A DNA stretch of 60,837 nt, filler included, from Dirinaria sp. TL-2023a (lineage: Eukaryota), in assembly GCA_051941275.1 (NCBI GenBank). It is 8 parts of 8 records of this genome, joined end to end, with 100 filler letters (N's around TTAATTAATTAA, not from the genome) between each part and the next. Parts side by side here need not be neighbours in the genome. Positions count along the whole stretch, not along the records: positions 30,535 to 38,044 come from JAVEBF010001302.1; positions 38,145 to 45,645 come from JAVEBF010001303.1; positions 45,746 to 53,242 come from JAVEBF010001304.1; 5 more parts are not named here. One strand, given 5' to 3'. The notes below the pieces were generated by a model. It ran no database searches. It saw only the letters and a list, made by a program, of their open reading frames with translations, and was not told where the DNA came from. A program made the position numbers and the translations under genes. Shown here in pieces: positions 35,808 to 48,433 of this stretch. Position 1 is the first letter of the stretch, and each line of letters begins with the position of its first letter.

Positions 35808-37334
35808 ATGGCTACCAAACACGGGAAACAGGTCGAGAGGCAGAGCAATCGTGGTCTAGCTGTCACACCGACGAGCGGACCCAAGTACGGACCCAGTCAC
35901 TGGCCGGCTCCTCAAGTCTCTACATTTCACCAGCGTCAAATGGTCACTACGCGACCTGAATCCCCTGACTCCAACACAGCTCAGGACGAAGCTGACAAGA
36001 ACAAATACCCCTGTACATTCAAAGGGTGCCGCTTTCGCTTTCCAAATCGAGGAGCCCTCGTCAAGCATAAAGATTCGGAGCATGACTACTGCACAAAGTG
36101 CGACCTCGACTTTGTCGACGATGAGGCTCTTCACGTGCACAAGATGAACAGCGAGAAACACATCATCTGTCCTATCTGTGGCATTGACTTTAAGAGTGAA
36201 CCAGGTCGTGATCGTCATGCCAAACAAGTGAGTATCTTTCGGAGGATATCAAATCGATCGCTGACACCCAGACAGATGCACGCGGGGCAGCAGAACGTGC
36301 AATGCCGTGCCTGTCATCGAACCTTTGCCAAGGGTGCTGCTCTCCTTCTTCATTTCGAGCTGAACCAATGCAACGAAATCAAAGCCAACAACAACGTGGA
36401 CATGGTGGTGGATCAAAAAGCCATGCTAGAAGCCCATCGTGCAATGATGGCGCTCGAACTACACATGAGGGAAGGAATAGATTTCTCGAAGAAGAGAGGT
36501 GATACCTCTGAAGCACCAAGCACAGCGATGACCGAGAGTGTCGACGGCGGGGTTCGTATCCCGACTTCACTTTTGGACGATCAGGAAGACGAGCAAGAAT
36601 TGGATGAAATGATCGACCTGCAGTCTCCTATACTGCCATCCAATGCGGTCAGCTCTCAGCATTCGAATACGGTTTTAGTGCCGTCCCGTTCAGCCAGCTC
36701 TCAGCATTCGGATACGGCATCAGTAGCAGATACCATTCGTGACATTCCCAATGGGAAGGAACGCCAGGCAAGCATTTCTTCCTCCGATACTAATACTTGG
36801 TCGAAACGGCTCTTCCCAGGAGCAAAGGCTACGCCATACACCGGGGAATGGGCTGCCGCGTCTGAGAAGGCGGAATCGGTGAAAACAACCCCGACGAACT
36901 TGAATTCCGTGAATCCGACTGAGTCTGGTATCACGATCATTGAGCAAGGGAAGAGGCTCGAGAAAGATTCACTGGATGGCTTATATCACTGCTGTTTCCC
37001 GAAATGCGAGTAAGTCGCTCTCCATGCACTTTTCAGATTATTTGAGTAATTTTGTTCCAGACACAGATCCTCTGATTCATCCGACATGATCCTGCACCTT
37101 CAAACCCACCGGGGAATCGAGAATCGCTGCCCTTGCTGCTTCCGCCAGTTCAAGTCCGCCAGCGCCTTGACTGCGCATATGGAATCGGCGAGCACGCGGT
37201 GCAATATTCGTGCGACAGATGGCTATGCCAATGCTCTGACCTTGGTCTCTGGTGGTTTCTTGGGGCTCAGTGGGCGTTCGGAAGATGGAACAGCCCAGAT
37301 GGACTCGAACAAGAAACCGGATTCATTCTGGTAG
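35808..37334 (+). CDS. Multi-C2H2/C2HC zinc-finger protein, 3 exons
   Basis: CTFKGC..HKDSEH, CTKC..HKMNSEKH, CPIC..H..QMH, CRAC..HFELNQC, CCFPKC..H..H, CPCC..HMESASTRC. Introns at ~36228-36275 and ~37010-37060. Confidence 0.85.
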
Positions 37335-37385
37335 ACGGGACATCGACCATAAGCATCAGTTATGGCGGGGCTGCCTTAGCCTCAA

Positions 37386-37540
37386 CATCACTAGACAAGG
37401 ATACGGACTTATCAGCTCAAGTGCTTACAGCATAATTAGCATGTATCGGATGTGGCCGAGCTACTCTAGCTCCATCATCCACTGGAGAAGGGTACGGACT
37501 TATCAGCTCAATTGCTCACAGCATGATTAGCAAGCATGTA
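37386..37540. repeat. Imperfect ~60-nt direct repeat, 2 copies ~91 nt apart, in the 3' region of the zinc-finger gene
   Basis: tacggacttatcagctcaagtgcttacagcataattagc vs tacggacttatcagctcaattgctcacagcatgattagc. Confidence 0.85.
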
Positions 37541-38044
37541 CCATAAACATCAGATAGACCAGCACAAAACACAGCATCATAACACAAAACGAAGCGAAGC
37601 TCTATGCACACACTAGGTATTTTACGTCCATAGGATGGCTAATCATGCACGCGCAACGTGATATGAGCTACAGTACCTTCGCCATATCATAAGTACACCA
37701 ATGCAAAGAGATATGAGACTATAGATGGGAGAAAAAGGACTCGCCCTGTATATCGTTATAAGAGGAAGAATGACAAGAAGACGCACGCTAGAATTGAAGA
37801 GCTTTCATTAAACCCTCCCCTCTCCTTCTTTTCCTTTCTTGTCGACATTATTAGCGCCCCCCCCCCGGGGCCTTCTCCTCTCCACACCCCTTTCCAGACT
37901 GATCGACCAGGCCGGGTGATTCGAAAATCAGACCCCTGCTGGATTTCGGAGTGGATCAGAAAACATAGAATCACTAAGGCTGCCCTCGTTTCTCGTCGTC
38001 TTGTTTTTTTTTTTTTTTTTTTTTCTTTTTTTGGGGGGGGGGGG

Positions 38045-38144
38045 NNNNNNNNNNNNNNNNNNNNNNNNNNNNNNNNNNNNNNNNNNNNTTAATTAATTAA
38101 NNNNNNNNNNNNNNNNNNNNNNNNNNNNNNNNNNNNNNNNNNNN
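38045..38144. other. Artificial contig spacer
   Basis: N44-TTAATTAATTAA-N44. Confidence 0.98.
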
Positions 38145-38300
38145 GGATTATGATAATCGGGATAAAGTAATGAGCTTTGGCGGATTGCCGATTTTTACTA
38201 TCCACTGTGCGGATCAATAATATGTCGATATCAATTTATTGATTGAACAATAATGCGTGCACAAGGGTCCATGGATAATTGATTGGTCAAGGTAAGGTAT

Positions 38301-41300
38301 CTAAACTACATTATACCTTCCGCTGGCCGGTGCCCGAGCATCACTATCCGCCGCAGCAATGGTCCCTTCTTTCAACAAGCGCATCAGCTCCCGCATCGCG
38401 TTCGTGACCACGACCTCGGTATCCCCCTCCACCAAGATATACAGCTTGGGGTTCTCGCCGGCTTGTGGCTCTTTGCCCGTGGCGTAAAAGCTTCCTTTCG
38501 TGGTGATGGATGTTCCTGTGGCTTCCAGGATCTTGGCGACGTTGGTGCGATTGGTGACTGCCCATCTGGCTTTCTCTGCGGGGAGCTGTCAGTAGCAGAT
38601 TCACATTTTGCAGGACAGCGGACAAGGGATACTTACGAGGGAAATCATTGATCTCCAGTGTCGCGTGAAATGCTCCAGCATCTGGACCCTTATTGTCGAT
38701 GGGCACTCCGGTCCGCAGCTCCCGGTTCTTGCTGAGTCGGTTGTGGATGTCCATGACAGCGTTGTTGACCTTGTCGAGTGGATTCTTCGACCCAGTGGCT
38801 GTGGGTTCTGTGCGATGCACCGTGATTGCGCCATCAAGGTCGATACCTTTGGGTACCCCTGGCAACGCTGGTGGGGGAGCAGAAGCAGACTGAACGGCTG
38901 AGGCGGCCTTGGTGATGAGATCCTCGCCAGCGTCTTTCTTGTTTTCTTCCTTCTCCTCTTCGTCGCCTTCGTCTCCGGTCTTGTGGGTTTTGCGCTCACG
39001 AGCGCGAGCGGCATCCCGCTCTTGATCAAGACGTTCCAGACCCTTTCCACCGAACCCTGATCCGCTAACCTTCTCTTTACCGGATTTGACCTTCTCGATA
39101 AACACATCGACAAGTTGCTGCACCTCTTCAGGTACTTCCTGACCACTTTGCCGCAAAGCCTTGGCAATGTCGAGTGTGTAGCGGTCTTGTTCCGGCGTGA
39201 CGAAAGTAACAGCAGTACCGGTATTCCCTGCTCGTCCTGTTCGCCCAGCTCGATGCACATAATCCTCGAGATGGTTTGGCGCGTCGTAATTGACAACCAA
39301 CTTCAATTGCTTAACGTCCAACCCTCTTGCAGCAACCGAGGTAGCTATCATGACAGGTACCACGCCAGCTTTGAAATTGTGGATCGCATCATCTCGATCA
39401 ACTTGATCCTTACCGCCATGGATGGATTGACAAGGGTATCCTTTTCTCATCAGATCGTTCAAGAGGCCATCAGCGGACTCTTGTCGGTCAACGAACACCA
39501 ATGCCCGGTCGTCGGAATTCTGTTCCTCGGCATACAGGTTGCCTAATAGCTCTAGCAGGCGGACGAACTTCGTCTCTTCCGAGCGGACTTCTACAATCTG
39601 GGTTATCTCGGGAGCAACAACGCTTCGCCCTCCAACAACTATTTCTACCGGCTTTGCTAGGGTCTTGCGTGCCAAGGCCTCCATCTGACGGGGGAAGGTC
39701 GCTGAGAAAAGTACAGTCTGCCGATCAGGGCGGATGTTGGCTAGAATTTTCATCACTTGCGGCTCGAACCCCATGTCGAACATGCGGTCGGCCTCGTCCA
39801 GCACGATATAGGTGACTCGGCGTAGGTTCGTGACTCTGCCCTGGTTAGCAGCAAGGAGATCGATCATGCGTCCTGGCGTGCAAACAATGATTTCTGCTCC
39901 TCGTTTGAGATCCGCAATCTGGTCTTTGATCGGAGCGCCTCCGTACGCGCAAACAGCTCTAAGGTTGAGAGCCTTTAAGAATGGCTTGCATTCTTTGTGA
40001 ATTTGCGTTGCGAGCTCGCGAGTTGGGGTCATGATCAAACCAACTGGTCCATCCAGGGCATCGATTGGTCTTTGGTCTTTGATATGGCGGAACATAGGTA
40101 GTAGGAAGGCGATCGTCTTTCCTGATCCGGTCTTGGCTACACCAATAACGTCGCGTCCTGACATGATGGAAGGAATGGCTTGCGATTGGATGGAAGTCGG
40201 CTTTTCATAGCCAAGTTTCTGAATGACTTCCATAGACTGCACACCGAGGCCACATTGAGACCATTTTTGCACCGGTTTGGGAGCATCCACGCCCCTGATC
40301 TTGATACCATCAAGCTCTAACCTCAAATCTGCGACCTCATCTTCAGTCATCTCGCTCAATTCAACGGGCTCGTGGTAGAAAGTCTTCCTAAAAGGTTGAT
40401 AAGCCATCTTAGCATGGTTGACCGTAGGTATGTCTTTCTTCTTCTTTTTACTCGCCATTGACAGGAAGTCGTCGGGATCCTGTGTTACAGTATCCAGATC
40501 TACCTCGTCGTCGCCAAAAATAGCCTCGGGTTGCTGGTTCTTGTTTTTCGATTGTTTCAGGCTCTTCCGAGGTTTCGGATCGTTCAACGGATCTCCCAAG
40601 CCGGACATGAAGGCATCCAGCTCATCAATTTCTTCCTCGGGTTCTTCCGTGCTCACTGCTATGCCTACCTCGGCCGGCGCTTCCTTCATTTGTACATCGC
40701 CGTTCATCTCAATGGTCTCGGAGGTCATCGCTTCAGGCTCCTCTTTAGCTTCGAAAGTGATGTTTTGCTCTTGGAGACGTTCTTCTCGTTTTTCGGCGGC
40801 AGCTCTTGCAGCAGCAGCAGCTTCCTCTTCCGTTGCCCCATCAGGGATGTCTCCGTCATCGTCGTCGTTGTCCTCTTCAATCCCGTTAGCCATGGACTCA
40901 TCATTGCCATTCGCATCAATCTCCTCAAGAGGAGGCGTAGGTAGTTTTTCGAGCTTCTTCCGGGCGCCTTCTTCCTCTTCGAAGTCAAGGCCTCGCTTTG
41001 CTGTCGGTTTGTCGGTTTCGGTACCAGCCTTACTTGACAGCCCAAAGCCACTGACGTTGCCTTTGGCCTTCAATGGTACAGCAGGAGCTGAACCTGACAC
41101 ACATTGTCAATGAAGATGAACATCAGACAATCAGAAAGCTAAGTAGACTGACCTGCAGTTCCATTCGCTAGAGCTACTGGTTTGTCAGCCTTCACAGCAG
41201 CATTTTTAGAGGTCAAGGTAGCGGACGCTTTGATATTTTGGGGAAGTGCTACATCCGTTCCCAGCTTCGACGCGCCCGAAGTGTTCGAGGAAGCCTTCTT

Positions 41301-42137
41301 CGCAATGGCTTTGGGATCGAACTTCCCAGCATAGGGGACGGGAGATGTTGTGTCTTGGTCAACGATACTTTCTTGAGGAGTGGCTGGTGATATTGGGGAA
41401 GCCACTGCAGCTGGAGCCTGTGCTCTCTTATCTATTTCGTCGAGTAAGCCTCGGGTACCACCAGACGCTTCAAGCTCCTTCTGTTTGCGTTCCTTCTCCA
41501 CCGCTTGCTTCTGTTTCCATGCCTCAAGCTTTGCCAGTCGTTCCGCTTTCTTCTCGTCTTCAGTCTGCTTCGGAGGGGGTGGCTTCGCTGGTAGCTAAAA
41601 TTATCCTATATTTAATCGAAGCAGCATTTGGGAGTAAAGGCGTCTACTCACTTCATGAGTAGCCTTCTGATACGAGTCCTTCGTGTCATCTGTCCTTGCC
41701 TTACGCCTTGAGCCAGTGGACTCGTCTCTACGACGCCTGTCCCGATCTCTCGAATCATCTCGGCGTGGGGGGCGGTCACGACTCCGCCGGCGGTAGTCCC
41801 TACCTACATCCCGATCTCGCGACCTTCTTCTATCTCGCGAGCGATCTCTCCTGCCCGAGCGATAAGTATCAACATCACGTCGATCCCTTGACCGGTCCCG
41901 GTAAGTGCGTGAGTCACGGTCACGATATCGCCGCTTTTGAGGCAATACTATTAGCTTTGCCAACTTGCTGTAGTGGATCATGGGACTCACATCTGGACTT
42001 CTCGTACGGCTTCTGTGTCTATAGCTTCGCCCATCATCGCGGCGACTCCTTTCGTATCGATCATCGTCCCGGCGGCGCTTTGAGGAGTACGAGCTGCCTA
42101 CAGGCGATGGTGAGCGAGTGTCCCCGTGGCGAACCAT
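38301..42137 (-). CDS. PRP5: Pre-mRNA-processing DEAD-box RNA helicase Prp5 (DDX46), multi-exon
   Basis: RS/RD-rich N-terminus ([12 protein letters not shown]...); [55 protein letters not shown]-terminal [25 protein letters not shown]...GRYNVV*. Confidence 0.96.
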
Positions 42138-42675
42138 GCTGGTTCCAGCTAGACCTTTAAGTCGTACTTGAAGGTGCAAGCAATATGACTGCTGTCACGG
42201 ATAGGTAAATTAGGTAGAGCCTGCCGGACAAGTGGCCCCAATGGCCAAGAGGGGCTCTACGGATTCCGAGCCTGCATGTGTGGAAGGTGTGACGACGAGG
42301 ACGTTATCCCTGCAGATGAGCTCGATAGAATTAGATTCCCAGAGGCACCTTGGCCGGGCTGAGATGCCTGTCAATCAGAAGAACCTGGCCGCTGACTTAT
42401 ATCTGAAAGCGGTGCAGGGAGTCGTCAGTGCAGGCACTTACTTGCTCTTACCTTACATTACGGTGAAGTACCTTGTGCTTTTGAAGAAACTGGTCATACC
42501 GCGCTAACCCCCTTTGGAGCTGGTTTACTTGGCGCGCCGAGCTCCAAAGTCCCCGGACTCCCTGGATGAGACAAAACCAGCCTCCCCAAGTCGCCCGTAA
42601 AATGACCACGCGACTTGACGTTCCTTCATGCTCACTCGTTCAAGAGTATTGCTGATCAGACTCGCCTAATTGATC

Positions 42676-43785
42676 ATGATGCTTCTTCCAGGTCATCTGG
42701 TCATTCGAGGTCTCACAAGTCAGCAATGCCTCGCATCTTGTCGCACCTTGAATCTTCGACGCGTCGCAATCCTTTCCAGTCTCAGTACCTCGATTGCTCG
42801 ACATTACGCCACCACCGAGCAAAAAACTGCTCAGAGACCCGTCTCTAGGCCCAAAGCACATACCGGTCGGACTACTGCCACAAGAAAGCCCAGAGCTGCT
42901 CCGAGAGCTACAGAAGCTGGATCAACCGCTGGTGCCGGCACCTCCTCGAGGACGCGAAAGACGAAACGAAGCAAGGCAAAGTCGAAATCGAAGCCCAAAG
43001 CGAAGCCAAAGGCTAAGAAGAAGGTGCAGCTGAAGAAGAGGGGAAGAAAGCCCACCGACAAGCAAAAGGCTGCAGCAGCGGACAAGAAGAAGCGAGATGA
43101 GTTGAAAACGCTCAAAGAAAAGGCATTGAAGCCTCCCACCAAGCTGCCCTCGACAGCATTTCAAGTATTGTTAAATGAGTCCGCGAAGGACCTGAAGGGC
43201 ACTGGTATTGGTAACATCTCCAAAACTGCCAGTGCTGAGTACAAAGCCTTGTCGACCGAACGACGTGAGGTAAGCACTGGGTTTCGCCGAATGTTGGCTG
43301 ATTATGAGCTGACCTTTGGAAAGCACTTCAACCACATTGCGAATGAGAACCGGGCCAAAAACAATCGCCAATACCGCCAGTGGATTGAAACGCACCCTCC
43401 AGTCGTCATTCATGAAGCCAACCGAGCACGAGCAAGCCTAGCTAGGCGGGGTACACCAAGACGCCAGGTGCCCAAGCTCCAGGACGATCGGCAAGTGAAG
43501 GGATGCTCCAGCGCTTACACCTTTTTCTATATCGAACGCATCAGGTCAGGCGATTTTAGCGGTATACATATAGCGGACGCGGCGAAGCGCGTAGGAGCGG
43601 AGTGGAAAGAGCTCTCAACTGACGAGAAGAAGGTACAGTGGCACTCCTATTTTCACTGCTCCCAATGCCAGTTACTAACGTTGGGGGCACAGCCGTATGT
43701 GGATCTTCAAACAAAGGACATGGCCCGTTATGTGCAAGAAATCAAATCTGTTTACAACAGAGACGTCAAGCCACGAGCTGGCTAG
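42676..43785 (+). CDS. Mitochondrial-type HMG-box protein (HmbB/mtHMG1/Abf2-like), 3 exons
   Basis: Arg-rich, acid-free presequence ending ARHYATT; Lys/Ala-rich linker; PTKLPSTAF; DDRQVKGCSSAYTFF; AAKRVGAEWKELSTDEKK|PY. Introns at ~43270-43323 and ~43633-43692. Confidence 0.82.
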   Translation: MMLLPGHLVIRGLTSQQCLASCRTLNLRRVAILSSLSTSIARHYATTEQKTAQRPVSRPKAHTGRTTATRKPRAAPRATEAGSTAGAGTSSRTRKTKRSKAKSKSKPKAKPKAKKKVQLKKRGRKPTDKQKAAAADKKKRDELKTLKEKALKPPTKLPSTAFQVLLNESAKDLKGTGIGNISKTASAEYKALSTERREVSTGFRRMLADYELTFGKHFNHIANENRAKNNRQYRQWIETHPPVVIHEANRARASLARRGTPRRQVPKLQDDRQVKGCSSAYTFFYIERIRSGDFSGIHIADAAKRVGAEWKELSTDEKKVQWHSYFHCSQCQLLTLGAQPYVDLQTKDMARYVQEIKSVYNRDVKPRAG

Positions 43786-44108
43786 CCAATGTGACAGCCT
43801 CATGTCCCATGTCACCCTACAAGATCTATTCTCCAGCGCAGCCATCCTCGCAGTGTATATTCTTCAGACGCTCTGGGCGGTGACGTTGATTTGCAGGGTC
43901 AGTGTAAAGCGATCTCGATGTATCACTACGGAAGCAGAACGCGGACCGGGGGGGGATATTGGTAGAAGGAGTCTTCAGAAAATAGGGAGATGTATATCAT
44001 GTCACCAAATGCAAAAGGGCACGAATTGGGTCAGGAACTTCAAAGTTTCGAACTATTCCTACTTGTATTCAAGCCGCCATCCCCACGTTATCATTCAGCT
44101 TCATTGAC

Positions 44109-44466
44109 CTATTTGCTGGGAGGAGTGTATTTGGAGCCTCCACTGCCGTTGTTGTAGTAAGTGGACCCATTGGGGTTGCTGTAGTAGTAGCTCCCTGAAA
44201 GTAGTTATGGTAAGCCGCTGCACAACCCATGCTGTTGCTTCAATTCACTCATGAGATATCCGCACGTACCATTGGTATTGGAGTAGTGATAGGCATTGTC
44301 ATTGGACTGGGCCCCGCTAGAGGAGTAGTCACGAGAGCAGTAATGATTTCCCTAACGCAGTGGTTTAGATCGTTTTAACTCAAGGGAATATTTGCGAGCA
44401 ACTGCGGACCTGAGAGTTGGTGCCGGACGAGGTCACATTGTACCCTTTTCCCGAGTTTTGAGACAT
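44109..44466 (-). CDS. 74-aa Tyr/Asn/Gly/Ser-rich small protein, 3 exons (44466-44410, 44351-44270, 44194-44109)
   Basis: CAACCACCATG start context and two GT-AG introns that join in frame to give MSQNSGKGYNVTSSGTNSQGNHYCSRDYSSSGAQSNDNAYHYSNTNGSYYYSNPNGSTYYNNGSGGSKYTPPSK*. A TATA-like element (TATAAA on the minus strand, ~44610) lies upstream. Confidence 0.85.
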
Positions 44467-45523
44467 GGTGGTTGATAGTTGGAAGCAAGACTGGGTGAAC
44501 AAGTTTTGTCAAGAAATCTGCAATTGGTTCGACTGAGATTCAGAGATCGGTATCCAGTACGGTGGTGGCAATGGCTAAGCAATGACAATCGGGGGGAAGG
44601 AAGGGTGTTTTATACTCCCGGGTCTGAGAGCAGGTGACCCCCGCGACACTTACCTTAGAGCCTTAGAGGTCAAGAAAGGCGGTCAATGCTGAAAAACACT
44701 TTCCATTCACTTCCATTCAACCAAACCACACATGCTTCCAGCTCGGATGAATCCCCCATGTGCAACTTCCAAGACACGCTAAAGACGCCAATTCATTCTT
44801 CCAGCGTTACCCGGTACAGAGTACCGTAGTCTCTAAGGTACCTTAGGAGCTCTAAGGTAACTCTATGAACTCAATTGAGGAGCTAGTAATGGAAGGTAGA
44901 ATATGTAAGTAGCATGAACCACACCCTGGTCTTCTCTATCTCGATGGCTGGGACAGGACTACAATATTAATTGCGGCTCACTCATATCAAAAGGCAATAT
45001 TATTTCCTGAATTATTATTAAAATGACAAGAAATTATTTATCGTACGGATTGGGACAGCGGGTAGACGACAATAATCATGCAACCTGCACGACATCTCCA
45101 ATCCATGGGCTACTAGCCGATTGGCGCTAAGATGCAGATTGCGCTGTCAGCCTGTCACCATGTTTCAGGATGCGAGGAACGTTATCTGGATCACATAGTC
45201 ACAGTGCATCTCTTCTGCTCTCGTCTAACAAACTAACGACGATCTACATTATTCATAAACTCCCTTTATTTCTTGTTGGATATTCTATTATTCTGACTAC
45301 ACAATAATAATAAAGAAGAATACGCCGTATCTCTTTCGCTCGCTTCAATACTTGATACTGTCATTGCCCGTTGCTGCTCTTCCCACGTGGAAGACATCAC
45401 ACTCGTTACTCCAACTTATCTCTTTTCCGTTTCCAGATCCGACAACATCTACAAGCATTAATCTTTTACGATTGTAAAGGGGGAAATTTGTCAGCGCTTC
45501 CATAACCCCTCTGCAGCGCAACA

Positions 45524-45645
45524 ATGCTCTCCTTCTCTCTCCTGCTCCTGCTGTTCTCAGCCCAATGGTGCTCAGGCCAATACAACGCCTCGACGCTGTA
45601 AGTCATGTTCCAAACCCTACTCATTCTCCACCCCAAAAACCTGTC
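45524..45645 (+). CDS. First exon of a secreted protein, truncated at the contig end
   Basis: ACAATG start; signal peptide MLSFSLLLLLFSAQWCSG-QYNASTL; GTAAGT donor follows. Confidence 0.6.
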
Positions 45646-45745
45646 NNNNNNNNNNNNNNNNNNNNNNNNNNNNNNNNNNNNNNNNNNNNTTAATTAATTA
45701 ANNNNNNNNNNNNNNNNNNNNNNNNNNNNNNNNNNNNNNNNNNNN
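45646..45745. other. Artificial contig spacer
   Basis: N44-TTAATTAATTAA-N44. Confidence 0.98.
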
Positions 45746-45992
45746 GTGTAGGGCGGATTCGAGGGTCGTGTAGATGGGGAGTATGTATGAGAGGCCGTGG
45801 GCGTAGAGTAGGGGAGAGGAGGTATGTGGTGGGAGCGCGAGGGGGAAGAGGGAGAGGATAAGGCGGTTGAGGGTTGTGTGAAGGGGCCTATAGAGGGGGG
45901 GTTGTTAGATTCGGTGGGTACTCGCGAAGGAGAAGGCAGGGGGTTAAATACCTGGTGGCGGCATTGATCTCTTCACCAAGTGAGAGTGCCAT
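45746..45992 (-). CDS. Heme-oxygenase-like protein, 5' fragment truncated at the contig end
   Basis: MALSLGEEINAATR|PLHTTLNRLILSLFPLALPPHTSSPLLYAHGLSYILPIYTTLESALH; intron GTATTT...CTAAC...TAG. INxATRxxH matches the proximal heme-ligand helix of heme oxygenases. Not in the ORF track. Confidence 0.78.
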
Positions 45993-46524
45993 GATTTGCG
46001 AGGAGGCCCCAGAATGTGAGAATGAGATGAATGGCGTGGTATCTCAGATAGGTATAGACAGTTTCAAAGAAGACTTGAAGCTAAAGACATTGTATTTCAT
46101 TTGCAGAAGCGACAGGAAAGCGACATCTTCTAGGATATCAAAAGTAAGGGGGATTGTGCTATGTACAATTCATGGTTTGAACAGAGTTTATGGAAAGCCA
46201 CGCGAGCAGAGTCATAGGATTCAGGAAGAGTTGGTCAACTGGACAAATCACAAAGTACATGTAATAATTGATCCTGAACGTCGACTATCAGGTTGTCATT
46301 TTACTGTTTAAAGTTTAGTCACAACACGCGGGTGGCGATGACGATTAGCGGCGTGATGCTCGCTAAGGGCTTGGCATGACACCAAAGTGATGTAGTTCCG
46401 CCGCTAGTCTTTTTCGGTCAAAAACTTCCGCTCACCAGCCACTTTCTCCCACCAGTGCCTTGCATAATTACTGTATCCAGTCGCAACAGATCGATATCGC
46501 GTCGCTGTTGCACTGCTGCCCATT

Positions 46525-47896
46525 ATGCAGACTTCTCACGATCCCCCGAGTAGGGTCAATCCTACTTCGAAATCAGAGCCAACGGAAACAGGAAGAGAGA
46601 ATCCTGTTCCTTGGCCCGAGGTAAGTTGACTCGAAACCTTAGGGCCCTGGCCCAGTCCCGAGAACTAACATTTAGCTACAGTTTTTCAAGCACCACATAT
46701 CCATCCTCGAAGGTCATTTCGCGATGGTCGACATGGTTCGCAAACATACCGTCGAGGGCAGCGCTGACTATCGCCGGATCTGCGAATGGTTGGATAACTG
46801 CAGAAACATGCTGCATGAGACAAAGCAATTGAGTCAAACATTTGTACGTGCTTCGCTAGTATTTTCGTGTCTGATGGCTGACCTGGTTCAGGTCCCTCCC
46901 TCTAATCAAGAGGATAAAGTCCCGCTCGGCTCCTCGTTTGTGCCCGAGTACCCCGGTTATTCGCCTACCCACCACATTTACGGAGAGGCGGCTCCAGATG
47001 CTGGGACATGTACAGCACCAGCTCGCGCACAGGGAGTTGAGCTCCAACCTACTAATAGCCTGAATCATAGACCTGGCAAGGGCAAAGGTGTAAAGCCCAA
47101 AATGCTAGCAGGTAGTCGAGACACGGAAGATAAAAAGGAGGAAGCCGGTATTGGCGCAGACCCTCGCACGGATGCCTCTGTAACGGGCGTCAATGGGAAA
47201 CATAAGAAGCGCAGGTTCTCCGAGGCGAAGCCTGCAGACTTGAAGCCTGGTCAGAACGTTTCGGAGTCTGATGTGCAACAGGAGAGGCCCAAGACGACTG
47301 AAAAAATTCCTTTAGATTTGAAACTGGCCGGCGTTCTTTCAGGATCTGATGGGCAATCTCGCAAGCCCAAGCCCGCCAAAACAGAACCTACAGTCTCGAA
47401 GGACAGCGATTTTTCTTCGGAATCGGCACAGCCAGCGCTCTTCGTCAATACTAATCCTACCCCAGTCAACCTCCCGTTGAATACACGAAGGTCATCCAAG
47501 CGGACGTCTCCAGATGCAGAGCCTTCCGAAAATTCCAAGCCAAAGAAGGTCAAGAAAGACCACGAAGGTGAAACGCCAGCGCCCCCAGCCCCCGGACAGG
47601 TCGAGCTTTTAGACATTACAGCCGAGGTAGATGCTCGTATGAAGGAAAAGGAGGAACGGCGAAAGAGGAAAGAGGAAAAGAAGCGTAAGAGAGAATCTGG
47701 AGAATCTTCTAGTGCCCTTGCCGGGGGTACTAATGGCGTTTTGGAGGTGGAGAAGCCGAAGAGGAAAAAGTCGAGGAAGCTCGAAGATGCTAAGGCCTCC
47801 GAGGACACATCCAAAAAGCGGCTGATAGACGATGGCAGGGATGCAAGCGAAGCAAAAGGCAAAAAGAAGCGGAAAATTCATATGGACATACTATGA
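46525..47896 (+). CDS. Hypothetical Lys/Glu-rich, probably nuclear/nucleolar protein, 3 exons
   Basis: ATG 46525; introns at ~46621-46675 and ~46844-46891; several basic NLS-like clusters (KEERRKRKEEKKRKRES, KKKRK); DITAEVDARMKEKEE. Confidence 0.7.
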
Positions 47897-48433
47897 AAGT
47901 CTCAAGTAGGTGGTGGGTCGTCTGCGACTACTAATATTACATGGCGAGCAATTATAGCCATCTCCGCTAGTGTAAAGAGATTAAGGAAAGTTACTAATAG
48001 CTCGACTTAAGGCAAGACACATAAGGATACTAAGATCTACAAGAATCTTGCAGCCAAGACTTCTCGAATCGATGGCCACTGCCATTTTCCACGGCACTTT
48101 AGAGAACGTTCTTCGTATGAATTACCTCTTTGTGCGGATTTGGAAGCGACGATGTTTGCTGAACCTTCCACACTCCTCACTGTTTGAACATGTTCTTTAT
48201 CTCGAACACTTCTATTCCCTTGTCTTTCATTACGACACAGCGCTACATTTCTATCTCACTACAGCCGTTCTTTCACTACAATATCCATTCATACATTAGA
48301 TCTAGGGGTCTCCTTCTATCGCAGTGTCGAGCTCTGTTCTCTGTCCACTCACTCATTGCGCCGGCTGAAGTCCGATATCATCCAACAATCTAAGAACAAA
48401 CTTTTCGATATTGTTAACACAAGTGCTGGAGCC

